A stretch of DNA of 64,000 bases from a virus. Of this stretch, positions 29,015 through 38,099 are shown piece by piece; positions within the stretch are counted from its first letter, which is position 1; each line of letters opens with the position of its first letter. The stretch covers positions 32,001 through 96,000 of the IMG/VR virus record IMGVR_UViG_3300020171_000001. One strand, written 5' to 3'. Below the pieces are notes generated by a model, which made no database searches, had not been told where the DNA came from, and saw only the letters and a list, made by a program, of their open reading frames with translations. Made by a program: the position numbers and the translations under genes.

Positions 29015-29706
29015 CCCGCCTCGCAGACACCCCACCCTGCCCCCGCCGCCGCCCACAGAAACCGCCGCCACGCGGGCAGGTGTGCGAGCCCTAGCCCGGA
29101 GTCGTCCACCTGCTCCAGGATGTGCGTCGCCGCCGCCGCGGTGAGCGGGCCGAACACGCCATCAAGCACCAGGCGCTCGCCCCACAGCTCCACAAGCGCG
29201 GCCTGCACGAACAGCACGCGCGACCGGGACCGCACGTCGAACCCGACGTCCGAGCCGAGGTCGCAGTGCCAGTGGTCGCGGTGCGCCCGGTTGTACTCCC
29301 AGCCGAGGACCGTCCCGAACTCCATCCTCAGGCACGCCTCGACACCGAGGTATCGCCGCATGTCGCCGCGACTGTGCAGCGTCACCACAGCCGGGATGGC
29401 CGACCGATCCCACCACAGCGAATCGATATCCACTGCCACGCCTTGCCGGTGCCGGTCGTCAGGCGCCCGGGGCGAGCCGTCCGGCCGGCGGTCTGCCTGA
29501 CACCCGGCAGTCACGAGGTGCGTCGGGCGGCCGGCGGGGCAGACCTCCCCGATGGCCGTCAACGCACGGTCCAGCGCAGTGCACATCTCAGGCGTGGATC
29601 GAACCCGGCGCGACCTGTGGCCCATCGAACCGTAGACTCCCACGGGCTCGCGGGCGTAGCGCAGGTCCGTGGCGCCGACGGCGGTATAGCTGACAAGGTC
29701 TGACAT
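29011..29706 (-). CDS. endolysin: M15/extensin-like Zn peptidase plus peptidoglycan-binding domain
   Basis: H..G.A.DI, H.DH.H.D, then VQ.AL...L..DG.FGP.T. Confidence 0.75.
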   Translation of the reverse strand: MSDLVSYTAVGATDLRYAREPVGVYGSMGHRSRRVRSTPEMCTALDRALTAIGEVCPAGRPTHLVTAGCQADRRPDGSPRAPDDRHRQGVAVDIDSLWWDRSAIPAVVTLHSRGDMRRYLGVEACLRMEFGTVLGWEYNRAHRDHWHCDLGSDVGFDVRSRSRVLFVQAALVELWGERLVLDGVFGPLTAAAATHILEQVDDSGLGLAHLPAWRRFLWAAAGAGWGVCEAG

Positions 29707-29924
29707 GGGTGGCCTCCTAGTCGTGGATGCGGCCGAGCAGCTCGCCGGCCCGCAGCCGCGCCTGCGCCGCCAGCTCGAGCCAGAGTGGGGCGTGGTCTTC
29801 GCGGTCGCGCTCGGCTACGATCTCCGCGTCGATGGCGTCGAGCAACTTGGCGGCGAGGGCACGCAGCGCCATGGCGCGGTCTTCAGGCGCGTTGAATTCG
29901 GATAGGATGGCGGCGATATTGTCG

Positions 29925-30455
29925 TCATGCACCGGGCACCTCCTGTGGCGCGAGCAGCGCGCGGCGGATGGCCTGGACCCGCCCGCACCATGTGGCCGAG
30001 CCTGAGTTGTACAGCGCCGCGGGACACCGGCGGCAGGCAGCCGGCGGGGCCGGCGCGGCGCATCGCTCCCGGCTGCGCATGAGCAGGTAGGCGCCCGCCC
30101 GGAGGTTCTCGCCGAGCGGCCGGATCAACCGAACCAGGTGGGGTAGGCAGTCAGGGACGTGGATCTGAGCCACGCCAACGTCGCAGCCACGGCGGCCCCG
30201 GCCGCGGCGCCAACCCATGACGGACGGCCGCCAGCCCGACTCTGCCCCCGCCACGGCCACGAGGAGCCCGCCTGGGAGCCCGTGTGCGCGCTCGGCTGCC
30301 AGGGCCAGGCGTACTACCCGGGCGCAGGTCTGGCGGGCGCAGCGGCGCGCTGGGTGCGCCAGGACCGCACTCACGAGCGCGGCCTCCGTCGGCGCTATTA
30401 AGTGCGGCCGCGCGCTGGCCACGGCAGCCAAACTGCAGACCACGGACACTGCCAT
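29925..30455 (-). CDS. lytic transglycosylase (SLT domain) with signal peptide
   Basis: AVA.AES, D.G.AQI, N...GA.LL, YNSG. Confidence 0.75.
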   Translation of the reverse strand: MAVSVVCSLAAVASARPHLIAPTEAALVSAVLAHPARRCARQTCARVVRLALAAERAHGLPGGLLVAVAGAESGWRPSVMGWRRGRGRRGCDVGVAQIHVPDCLPHLVRLIRPLGENLRAGAYLLMRSRERCAAPAPPAACRRCPAALYNSGSATWCGRVQAIRRALLAPQEVPGA

Positions 30456-30507
30456 AATCACCGCCCACGGCGCCGCATCTGCGCACAGGCAGCGCTGCAA
30501 CCCGCGT

Positions 30508-30861
30508 CTAGTGCTCTTTGTTAGCACCCAGGACTCCGGCCGCCTGGCGGGCTGCCACGCGGTCCGCCAGCGCCCTCCGCGCAGTGCGGATGGCATCAAG
30601 CGCCCGCTCATTCTCCTCACAAGCGAAAGGGCCCGTCTGGAACGCCGCCATGCGGTGTTCCTCGATGGCGAGCAGGGCGTCATCGAACACGCCAGGCGTG
30701 GCGCCGGGGGCGCCGCGCGCCCCGTGCTGGAACTGCACCTTGCAGACATCATCGGGGCCACCGTACTGGATCGCGTACAGGTGGCAGGCATTGCCCGCCT
30801 TGTGGTCTGGCTCGTCGATCGTTGATACGTTACATGGGGCGTAAACGGCGATGGATTCCAT
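30508..30861 (-). CDS. Tad1/Acb2-family cyclic-nucleotide sponge (anti-Thoeris/anti-CBASS)
   Basis: G.A.H.Y.I, FQ.GAR, GV.D..LL.I..HR...FQ.GPF...EN..AL, RV..R...VLG.N; AAGGAG SD. Confidence 0.8.
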   Translation of the reverse strand: MESIAVYAPCNVSTIDEPDHKAGNACHLYAIQYGGPDDVCKVQFQHGARGAPGATPGVFDDALLAIEEHRMAAFQTGPFACEENERALDAIRTARRALADRVAARQAAGVLGANKEH

Positions 30862-31083
30862 GGGTTTCTCCTTTGCAGACTTTGTCTCTATAACAAACAA
30901 CACTCTCCGCTGGCACGGCATATTGGGAGGCGCCCCGCCGTGCGGCATCACGCACCGGCTGGCAGTGCCCGGAGCCGGCGAGGGCCAGGAGCACGAGCGC
31001 CACCGCGCAGCCGGTGATCATCAGCATCACGCCGGCACGGGTGAGGCGGTACGACCACGGGGCGGGCGGGATATCGAGCGGGG

Positions 31084-32229
31084 TCACGGCAGCCGCCCTA
31101 TCTGTAGGCAATCCATCACCGCCCGGACGAACGTCGCCGCGAGCTCCGGGACGATCGCGTTGCCGTAGGCGCGCAGTTTGCCCACGCGGCCGGGAACCCC
31201 TGCAGCCAGCGGGAATGTTCTGCGTTGAGCTGGCCTGATTTTCCCGTCCCGGCAGAGCCACCAATCGGCGTCTGCCCATGTTCCGCCAGTAGCGCCTGGA
31301 GGGATAAACTCGTCAGGGACACGCCAAGCCTGGACCCGCGTTCCACTGCCGAGGTCTTGCGCGCAAGAAACTGCTCGGGCGTCCACCCCGCCTCCTGCGC
31401 CGCTGGGGTCGCCCGCCCCGTCAGTGGGGCTTGCTGGCTCAGCGGCACTCCCGTGTCCTGCGGTCTCGCGTCCGCCCCGCCCCGGCTGTGGTCCTGCGCC
31501 ATCGGACTGCACCAGCCCGCCAACTGAACCTGGACTGACAGGTCCTTCGCTGACGACTTGCCGCCCGTGTTCGGATTGCTCTCCTGCCGGGCTCTCCACG
31601 TCTCCGGTGTGTTCGCATTGTGCGAATCGAATACCGTCGGGGTGACCCACCCCGCCAGTCGCGAAACCTCGTTCAGCGGTCGGCTGTTTTTTCCGTGCTT
31701 GTTGCTCGCGGAGGACTTCCAGTCCCGCGCCGTGGCGCACGGCCACCCAGTAAAGCCGTTGCCGGATGTGCGGCGCACCGACGCCCGCAGCGCACAGATC
31801 GGCTCCCCCGACGGCATATCCCAGCGCTTCCAGGTCATCGCGTACAGCCGCGAGCCACGCCCGTCCAGCCGGGCTCGCAACCTGCTCTCCAACGACGACC
31901 AGAGGTCGGCACTCGCGGATGAGCCGGAGCCATTCGGGCCAAAGGTGCCGCTTGTCGGCGGCTCCCTTCCCGCGACCGGCGATGGAGAACGGTTGGCAGG
32001 GGCAGCTGCCGGTCCAAACGGGAAGGTCATCTGGCCATCCCGCAAGACGGAGAGCGAGCGGCCAGCCGCCGATGCCTGCGAAGAAGTGGGCGTGCCCGTC
32101 GGGGAGGTCGCTCGGCTGCACTTCGCGGATGTCTCGTTCATCGATTACCCCGACGGGCAGGTGGCCGGCGGCACACAGATTGCGGAGCCACTGCCCCGCG
32201 TAGCCGTCGAACTCGTTGTAGTAAGTCAC
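31084..32229 (-). CDS. C5 cytosine DNA methyltransferase, alpha chain
   Basis: HFFAGIGG (motif I), GSCPCQPFS (IV), EQV (VI), PH.RQR (VIII), YGNAIV (X). Confidence 0.88.
   Translation of the reverse strand: MTYYNEFDGYAGQWLRNLCAAGHLPVGVIDERDIREVQPSDLPDGHAHFFAGIGGWPLALRLAGWPDDLPVWTGSCPCQPFSIAGRGKGAADKRHLWPEWLRLIRECRPLVVVGEQVASPAGRAWLAAVRDDLEALGYAVGGADLCAAGVGAPHIRQRLYWVAVRHGAGLEVLREQQARKKQPTAERGFATGGVGHPDGIRFAQCEHTGDVESPAGEQSEHGRQVVSEGPVSPGSVGGLVQSDGAGPQPGRGGRETAGHGSAAEPASPTDGAGDPSGAGGGVDARAVSCAQDLGSGTRVQAWRVPDEFIPPGATGGTWADADWWLCRDGKIRPAQRRTFPLAAGVPGRVGKLRAYGNAIVPELAATFVRAVMDCLQIGRLP
31116..32030 (-). CDS. overlapping alternative-frame MTase beta chain (motif IX plus WxTPxxxD-type repeats)
   Basis: Long open frame inside the MTase ending GQLNAEHSRWLQGFPAAW; repeated W(P/V/C)xPxAxD-type units; start codon uncertain. 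Confidence 0.7.
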   Translation of the reverse strand: MTFPFGPAAAPANRSPSPVAGREPPTSGTFGPNGSGSSASADLWSSLESRLRARLDGRGSRLYAMTWKRWDMPSGEPICALRASVRRTSGNGFTGWPCATARDWKSSASNKHGKNSRPLNEVSRLAGWVTPTVFDSHNANTPETWRARQESNPNTGGKSSAKDLSVQVQLAGWCSPMAQDHSRGGADARPQDTGVPLSQQAPLTGRATPAAQEAGWTPEQFLARKTSAVERGSRLGVSLTSLSLQALLAEHGQTPIGGSAGTGKSGQLNAEHSRWLQGFPAAWANCAPTATRSSRSSRRRSSGR

Positions 32230-32350
32230 GGCAGCCGCCCGCGCAGATACGCGCCGGCGAGGAGCGCCGCGCCGGCCGAGACCACGATGGCGACGAACAG
32301 CATCGCGCCACCCGCCGTGCCGGCCGCCCGCGCGGCCCACCGGGCAGGGC

Positions 32351-32629
32351 TCATTCCGCAGCCTCGCCCGCCAGCTCGCGCAGCACGTCGAGCACCCGGC
32401 CGTGCGTCTCAACGTCGAGCACCAGTACCAGCGCGCTCGAGTCGTCCAGGCCCGGCACCGACACCGCAGCGCCCGCGCCCACAAGCCGCGTGGGGCAGTG
32501 CTCCAGTTGGTCTAGCGCCCACTGGGCGCGGACGCACACGGGCCGCGCCTCGAGGGTCTGCCGCAGATAGCGAGCCAGGTCCAGCGCGTCCTGGTAGGCG
32601 TCCTCAAGCGCGCCGCGTGGGTCGCTCAC
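32351..32629 (-). CDS. small protein with all-alpha NTP-PPase-like motif
   Basis: DAYQDALDLARYL. Confidence 0.4.
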   Translation of the reverse strand: MSDPRGALEDAYQDALDLARYLRQTLEARPVCVRAQWALDQLEHCPTRLVGAGAAVSVPGLDDSSALVLVLDVETHGRVLDVLRELAGEAAE

Positions 32630-32850
32630 CGCCGGCTCGCCGGGGGCGGCGAGTCGTCCAGGATATCGGCCACCGCCGCGTGGGTCGCGGCGACCTGGCC
32701 CGCCCGCGCGGCGACCTGCGCCGTGAGGTCAGCGGTCAACGCGGTCACGTCCACCGGGTGTCCGGCGGCGCGAGCCATCTCGATGATGTCGGAGACCAGC
32801 CCGGCGGCTACCTGCACCGCCGTTACGAGGATGCTTGCCCAGTGCATGCG

Positions 32851-33438
32851 TCACCTCCCCAGAGGCGGGGGCAGGGTGAGCCCCCACTGTTTCGCCAGCG
32901 CCAGCCCGTGCTCGTATGCCGCCAGCGCGACCGAAAGATACCCCGCCGCTGCCGGCGAGTCAACAGCCGCAAGAGGGATGCCTACCAATAACGCCCGGTC
33001 CACGGTGTCCAGCGCGTTGCGGTAGCCGTCGAGCGCCCGCAAGCACTTCGCGGCGCCGGGGCACTGCGCGAGCGGCACGCTCTGGCCGGGGACGGCGCAC
33101 TTGCTCGCCTCGGCCTTGCATGCGAGGTCGAGCACCGGGTAGCCGCGCGTCCACGCGATAGAGCTGCCCTGCGCCGTGATGCTCATGCGCTGGAGCGTGC
33201 TCGTACCGCAGCCCGTTGCTCCGACGGAGAGCAGGCCGACGAGGGCCACGGTCCACAATAGGCCCTGCGTCGTGATGGCCCGCAAGAACACGAACACAGC
33301 CGTGGACGTGATGCCGACGATGGTGGTCTTCGACGCGCCGTTGACCCATGCCTCCATGACGGTCAACAGCAACGTGGCGACGGCGGCCCAGAGGGTGCGT
33401 GAGCGATACCAGGGTTTCGAGGTTGCAGCCGGTTCCAT
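32851..33438 (-). CDS. holin-like membrane protein with internal lipobox-like motif
   Basis: KPWYRSRTLW N-terminus, 3 TM-like segments, GATGC; GGAGG SD. Confidence 0.6.
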   Translation of the reverse strand: MEPAATSKPWYRSRTLWAAVATLLLTVMEAWVNGASKTTIVGITSTAVFVFLRAITTQGLLWTVALVGLLSVGATGCGTSTLQRMSITAQGSSIAWTRGYPVLDLACKAEASKCAVPGQSVPLAQCPGAAKCLRALDGYRNALDTVDRALLVGIPLAAVDSPAAAGYLSVALAAYEHGLALAKQWGLTLPPPLGR

Positions 33439-33451
33439 GAGAGTGCCTCCC

Positions 33452-33748
33452 TTACAGCTTGTTGCGCAGGTCGATTGCCTGCAGCGTTACCACGCCGATA
33501 ATGCGCCTGGCGATGGCCGCCCACGCTATCGCGGCCTGGGCTTTGTTCTTCGCCAGTGCGCACTCGCCGCTCACGATGGGCAGCGCGTCCCGCGCTCGCA
33601 GTGCCCCCGTGTCCACGAGCGCCACGCACAGCGGCGACCCGCTATTGCGGGCCATGCCGCGCGCGGCCATGAGCAAGTCTTTGGGGAGCGTGCCGCCGAG
33701 CGCGTCCACCAGCACACAGGAGTCGTCACCGCAGAACCGCTTGCTCAT
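33452..33748 (-). CDS. small protein, degenerate MshEN-like fold
   Basis: LVDALGG.L..DLL.AA...A...G.PL..ALVD.GAL. Confidence 0.4.
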   Translation of the reverse strand: MSKRFCGDDSCVLVDALGGTLPKDLLMAARGMARNSGSPLCVALVDTGALRARDALPIVSGECALAKNKAQAAIAWAAIARRIIGVVTLQAIDLRNKL

Positions 33749-34029
33749 TTTCGCCTCGTCCCCCCGGGCAGAATTTGGCTTGTGCTCATGCGGGCGGCGT
33801 CGCGGGCCATCCCCGCCGCGCGGCCCGGCGAGGCGCCCGCCGTTCGGATGCGTTCGATCCCTTCAACGATGGCGGCGCCCGTCGTGTATCCCAGGGCGAT
33901 AAGCGCCTGCACATCGGTGATTTTCTCGGCCACGGCATAGGCCATGGCGCGCACGACCTGCGACTCGGAGACCACGCCGACGTCTATCAGCGCGGCGAGA
34001 AGCCCCGCTGGGATCGCGCTACCGCTCAT
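33745..34029 (-). CDS. small protein, degenerate MshEN-like fold
   Basis: LIDVGVVSESQV..A...A......ALIALGY.T...I. Confidence 0.45.
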   Translation of the reverse strand: MSGSAIPAGLLAALIDVGVVSESQVVRAMAYAVAEKITDVQALIALGYTTGAAIVEGIERIRTAGASPGRAAGMARDAARMSTSQILPGGTRRK

Positions 34030-34225
34030 CGTCCACCCGCCGCTCGACGCGCCGAAGCGTTTCCGCCACTTCGATCTGGGATTTGATGCTGGCGGTGGAC
34101 AGTTCCATGAGGGCCTTCGTCAAGTCCTTGATGGTCGCGAGCGCTTGCAGATACAGGTAGAGGAGCACGGCACCCAGAACGTAGCCGCCGCCGAGCTTGA
34201 GCAGTGAGAGCGTGAGCGTTTCCAA
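34019..34225 (-). CDS. single-TM coiled-coil protein (holin-like)
   Basis: TM segment followed by amphipathic helix; lysis context. Confidence 0.5.
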   Translation of the reverse strand: METLTLSLLKLGGGYVLGAVLLYLYLQALATIKDLTKALMELSTASIKSQIEVAETLRRVERRVDDER

Positions 34226-34250
34226 TGGGCGTGCCTATCCTGTCTCCGCG

Positions 34251-34997
34251 CTACAGTGCGATCACGCGCGCCTTGTTGAACGTGCCGACGCACCCGAGAT
34301 TCGCGCCATAAGTGTAGCTCACGAGCGCGACGAGCCGGCCGCCTGGCGTGAACGTCACATCGCTTTCGACCAGCGTCCACGTCCAATCGGTCATGGCGGG
34401 CTCGGACCCCAGCGCGTTGGCGCTGCGTCCCCAATAGATCGCTGGCCACTTGCACATCAACGCGAGCCAGTAGTTGTCCTGCGCTACCGCGGTGAGTCCC
34501 ACCTCCGCGCCGGTGTTGTGCCCGCTGAGAACCTGGAGCGCGGCGGCGCCATTGCGCCTCAACTGCGCGTGGTAATACTCGCTGCGATCTGCCGCGTCGT
34601 AGACCGTGAGGCCGACGACTTTCTCGTTGCCGGCGGGGAGAGCGCAGTGAGCATATGCGATGAAATCGCCGTCGCTCGGAACAGGCAGAAAAGCGAACGG
34701 CGCGTTGTAGTTCGCGCTGGGCTTGTGCCAGTCGTAGGTCGCGCCAGGGATGGCCGTGACCACATACCCGCCCGCCGAGTCGGCGAACGTCCCCGGGCCG
34801 GGGCCGGGCGTCTCCGTCCAGTCGGAGATGTGCGCAGACACCAACTCGTCTGTGTAGCCCGTCAGCAACCGCGTCCCGTCGTAGACGAGCTTGCCGCGCT
34901 TGGGGCGGTACTTGGCGGAGATTTCAGCGCCCGTGGGTTGGACCGCCGCCCCGATCAGCGTTTGGTTTGCCGCGGTCAGTGTGTATTCGATAGGCAT
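34251..34997 (-). CDS. beta-sandwich (lectin/ConA-like) virion protein
   Basis: Beta-rich, Trp/Tyr/Gly rich; downstream of fibre-like gene. Confidence 0.45.
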   Translation of the reverse strand: MPIEYTLTAANQTLIGAAVQPTGAEISAKYRPKRGKLVYDGTRLLTGYTDELVSAHISDWTETPGPGPGTFADSAGGYVVTAIPGATYDWHKPSANYNAPFAFLPVPSDGDFIAYAHCALPAGNEKVVGLTVYDAADRSEYYHAQLRRNGAAALQVLSGHNTGAEVGLTAVAQDNYWLALMCKWPAIYWGRSANALGSEPAMTDWTWTLVESDVTFTPGGRLVALVSYTYGANLGCVGTFNKARVIAL

Positions 34998-35495
34998 GGG
35001 CTAGCCCTCCAGGTCCAGGTGAGAGATCGTGCCGTCGGCGCCGCGCTGGCCCCACTTCCCCGCGTCGGCGTCGTATGCCACGCCAGCGCCAACGCCTGTC
35101 ACGAGGCGCAGCTTGGCGATTTCGAGTTGCGCCTCTTGCAGTGCGATGGCGGCTTGGTTCTCGAGGTCGCGTGCGTGCGTGAGCTTGTCCATCACGCCGG
35201 CGGCCTCCTTCTCGGTGGGGTGTCGCGGCTTCACGGCTTCACCGCCTTGTCTACCCGCGGCAGGCCGGCGGTCAGATCGCCAACGGCCGAGAGCACAGAG
35301 GCGTGGAGCACGGCGTTGCGCACCCGCGTGAACGCCGTGCCATCGAGCTGTACGAGGATCTCCTCGGGCACGGGGCCGTCGGTGTCCAGTGCGAGGCGCA
35401 TCTCGCCGCTGCGCAGGTCCACCGTTACCGCGACGATATCAGCCGTAGTAATGTTCCCATCTATGGCTTTGCGAATTTTGCCCATGGCTCAATCC

Positions 35496-36743
35496 TTAGG
35501 TTGCGCTGATAGCCGCGCCGAGCGGGATGCGGAGCAGTGCCACTCCAGTGTCCACGTACAGGCACGGCAGCCCACCGTTGCCGTTCGAGCAATAGCCAAT
35601 GCGCCCGGCAAGGGCCGGCGTCGGCGCCGCTGCCACCGAAACGGATGGGATCATCATGCCCTTGGTGAACACCGCCCAGAGCATCGTGCGGGCGTCGGCG
35701 TTGTTGACCCAACTTGCCTCGGCAACGATGAAGTTGTCGTCGATGCTGGCGAGGTTCGCGTCGTAGGTCAGCGCGACGGCGCGCTGGTAGGCGACGTTCG
35801 ACCGGCCCGCGTTGACGATCTCAATGACCTCGTTGGTGGAGGTCTTCATCGTGGTGGCGGTGGACAGCCCGGTAGCGTTGTTCACCCGCGCCAGGGTCAT
35901 CTGCCCACTGACGTAGACCGCTGGGACGTACAGTCCGCCGGCCAGGAGCGACATCACCGTGGCGAACGCGCCAGCGCCGGTCTGGTACTCCCAGACGAGG
36001 TCCACCGCCCCCGTCGCATTCTGCCGGGCCAGGCCGTAGCAGCGCCACGCGCAGCCGACCGACGAGCCCGAGCCGGTGGCCCACGCCCGCCCACGCCAGG
36101 CCAAGCCGGGGGTATACTGGTCCACGCCGACTGTGGCAGGCTCGGTGTTGTCGAGCGAGATGTGCGTGGCCGGCGTCTCGCCGGTGGCCCATGCGCGCTG
36201 GGAATTGACCCAGGCGCCACCTGTGTAGATAGGAACGTCGCCGGCAGCTGGAGACGCCGTTGGCGGGCGCACGGCCCCGGCTGCATCTGCCCCGATGTCC
36301 CCGGGGGACAGGGCCTGCCCGCCGCCCGTGGAATAGACAGCCTTGGCAGGGGCATTGCTCGCGGGAAGCTGCTTCGAGGCGTCCAGGGGGGCGTAGCCGT
36401 TGGCGCTGTCCTTGTTGGCCGTCTGCTCGAAGTCGGCTGCGGCGCGTGTCACGATGTCGCCCGCCCCCGTGTGCTCCGCGCCGTTGATCGCGTGCGACTT
36501 CGGGTCGCGCTTGTCGGTGGGCGCATCGGCGCCGATGGCCGAACGCCCGTCGGCTGCGCTGGCAGCCGTGACGAGCGCGCGGCCCACCACGGTCTGCCCG
36601 TGAGCCGCGATGGACCCGTTGTGGCTACTGATACTTGCAGAGGCCTCTGCCTCGGACGACAGGAGTTCGCCGATCTGGGCCTCGAGTTCGACTTGGCTCG
36701 CGGCCGCGGGCGCCGAACCAGATCCGTAGTAGGTGTAGGACAT
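35496..36743 (-). CDS. tail-fibre-like virion protein
   Basis: Ala/Gly/Thr rich; GRALV.AA.AA..R.AIGA and NGYA.LD fibre-type repeats; AGGAG SD. Confidence 0.6.
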   Translation of the reverse strand: MSYTYYGSGSAPAAASQVELEAQIGELLSSEAEASASISSHNGSIAAHGQTVVGRALVTAASAADGRSAIGADAPTDKRDPKSHAINGAEHTGAGDIVTRAAADFEQTANKDSANGYAPLDASKQLPASNAPAKAVYSTGGGQALSPGDIGADAAGAVRPPTASPAAGDVPIYTGGAWVNSQRAWATGETPATHISLDNTEPATVGVDQYTPGLAWRGRAWATGSGSSVGCAWRCYGLARQNATGAVDLVWEYQTGAGAFATVMSLLAGGLYVPAVYVSGQMTLARVNNATGLSTATTMKTSTNEVIEIVNAGRSNVAYQRAVALTYDANLASIDDNFIVAEASWVNNADARTMLWAVFTKGMMIPSVSVAAAPTPALAGRIGYCSNGNGGLPCLYVDTGVALLRIPLGAAISAT

Positions 36744-36752
36744 GCTGTTCTC

Positions 36753-37138
36753 CTAGACCCGGATGGCGATTAGCACGGTGAGCGAACCGATCCCTGCAGC
36801 CGGGGTGTAGACCACGCGGAGATACGAAGCCGCAGTGGCCACATCATCAGCGATGTGGCCGAAAATGCTGCCAGCCGCGACGGCCTGGCTTCCCTTGGTC
36901 TCCCAGTGCGAACCGTCCAGGGAGAACCGTCCAGGGAGACCTCCCAGGTGACATCCCCCTGGTGCGTCGGGACGGCGGGCGGGTCAGGGGCGACGGCCAC
37001 GGAGAAAAACTGGAAGCAGAGGCGGCGAACTGGCTGACCGGCTTCATCTGGGTTTCCCAGGATAACCGTCGGGGACGTGATGATACCGGACATGTCGCCG
37101 GAGTCGACGAGTGTTCTTTGGCCAGGCGTGGGGGGCAT
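36753..37138 (-). pseudogene. small virion-type protein frameshifted by a 14-bp tandem duplication
   Basis: GAACCGTCCAGGGA x2 at 36910-36937; removing one copy gives a 123-aa ORF (EVSLDGSHW...YLRVVYT) ending at TAG 36753. Confidence 0.7.
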
Positions 37139-37187
37139 CTTGGGGCTCCTTCCCTGATATCAGTTCCCAAGATACCACAGAGGAGAA

Positions 37188-37580
37188 TTACAAACGGACC
37201 TCGCGTGCGCGCCGGAGCAAGGACAGGACCGGAGGACTCGAGTCGACGGGGAGCAGGGGATGAACTGCCGCGTTCAGGGCACTGTCATCTGCCAGACGGG
37301 CCAGAGCATCACCGTGGCAGGCCCGCGGAGCACACCAGCATCCAAGGACCTTTCCGCGAAGACCTGATAGCGTTGCCATGATGCGCGGCTGCGTCACAAC
37401 CCATTGAGCATAGCGTTGGATGGCCTCAGCCCGTGTTCGCACGCGGTACTGCGCCAGGGTTCCAGGGCAATGGGAAAACGGATTGCCGTACAGCGAAGGC
37501 CGGCCTATGTACACATCGTAGGCTTCGTGCCGGCAATTGACCACGCGGGTCGACGGCTGCGTGCCCTGCGAGTACTCCAT
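37188..37580 (-). CDS. DUF4326-family protein
   Basis: DVYIGRPS.YGNPF, L.GK.LGCWCAP..CHGD.L. Confidence 0.85.
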   Translation of the reverse strand: MEYSQGTQPSTRVVNCRHEAYDVYIGRPSLYGNPFSHCPGTLAQYRVRTRAEAIQRYAQWVVTQPRIMATLSGLRGKVLGCWCAPRACHGDALARLADDSALNAAVHPLLPVDSSPPVLSLLRRAREVRL

Positions 37581-37667
37581 GCAGTCAACGGGCATGACTG
37601 CGGAATCGCGCGACGGGCCAGGGCCCTGAGCAGAGCACAAGGGATGCGGACAGAACCCGCATGGACT

Positions 37668-38099
37668 TCATGACTCAGGCCCGCCCGCCAGTGGGCAATC
37701 GTGGCAGCCCCAGCGGCGCCAGTGCGCCTGCACGGCGTAATCAAGGCACGCTTTGCGATGTACGCAGGTTTCCTCTCGGGTAACAGGCCTGCTCATACAA
37801 AGATCCGGCGTTTCGGCCGGCGCTGGTCGGGCTCTCGCAGGGAGGTCAAATGCTACGACGTCCCGGGCCGGGCCATGCGTCCAACACCCGTGGCTTACTC
37901 GGTGAGCTTGCCTCCGTCGCTGGAGGCGCTCCATGGCACTGGTGAATTGTCCTTGTGTCAGGCCGGCAAGACCACGAAGGCGGAGTCCACGGACGGGCTT
38001 CGAACTCTGCTTGAGAGCAGCAAGGATGCACCGGTCAGCTTCGCTACGTCTCAGGGCCCCTGCAGGTGCTCTGGAGGCGCCTTGGAGAGTTCTATCCAC
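37668..38099 (-). CDS. HTH protein with C-terminal Cys/Trp motif (paralog of 15280-15804)
   Basis: C.....CLDYA....W..W.C.DCP. Confidence 0.5.
   Translation of the reverse strand: MDRTLQGASRAPAGALRRSEADRCILAALKQSSKPVRGLRLRGLAGLTQGQFTSAMERLQRRRQAHRVSHGCWTHGPARDVVAFDLPARARPAPAETPDLCMSRPVTREETCVHRKACLDYAVQAHWRRWGCHDCPLAGGPES

Noticed and set aside
34197-36773. 858-aa plus-strand ORF
   Set aside because: Antisense shadow of the minus-strand fibre genes; Arg/Gly-rich nonsense composition
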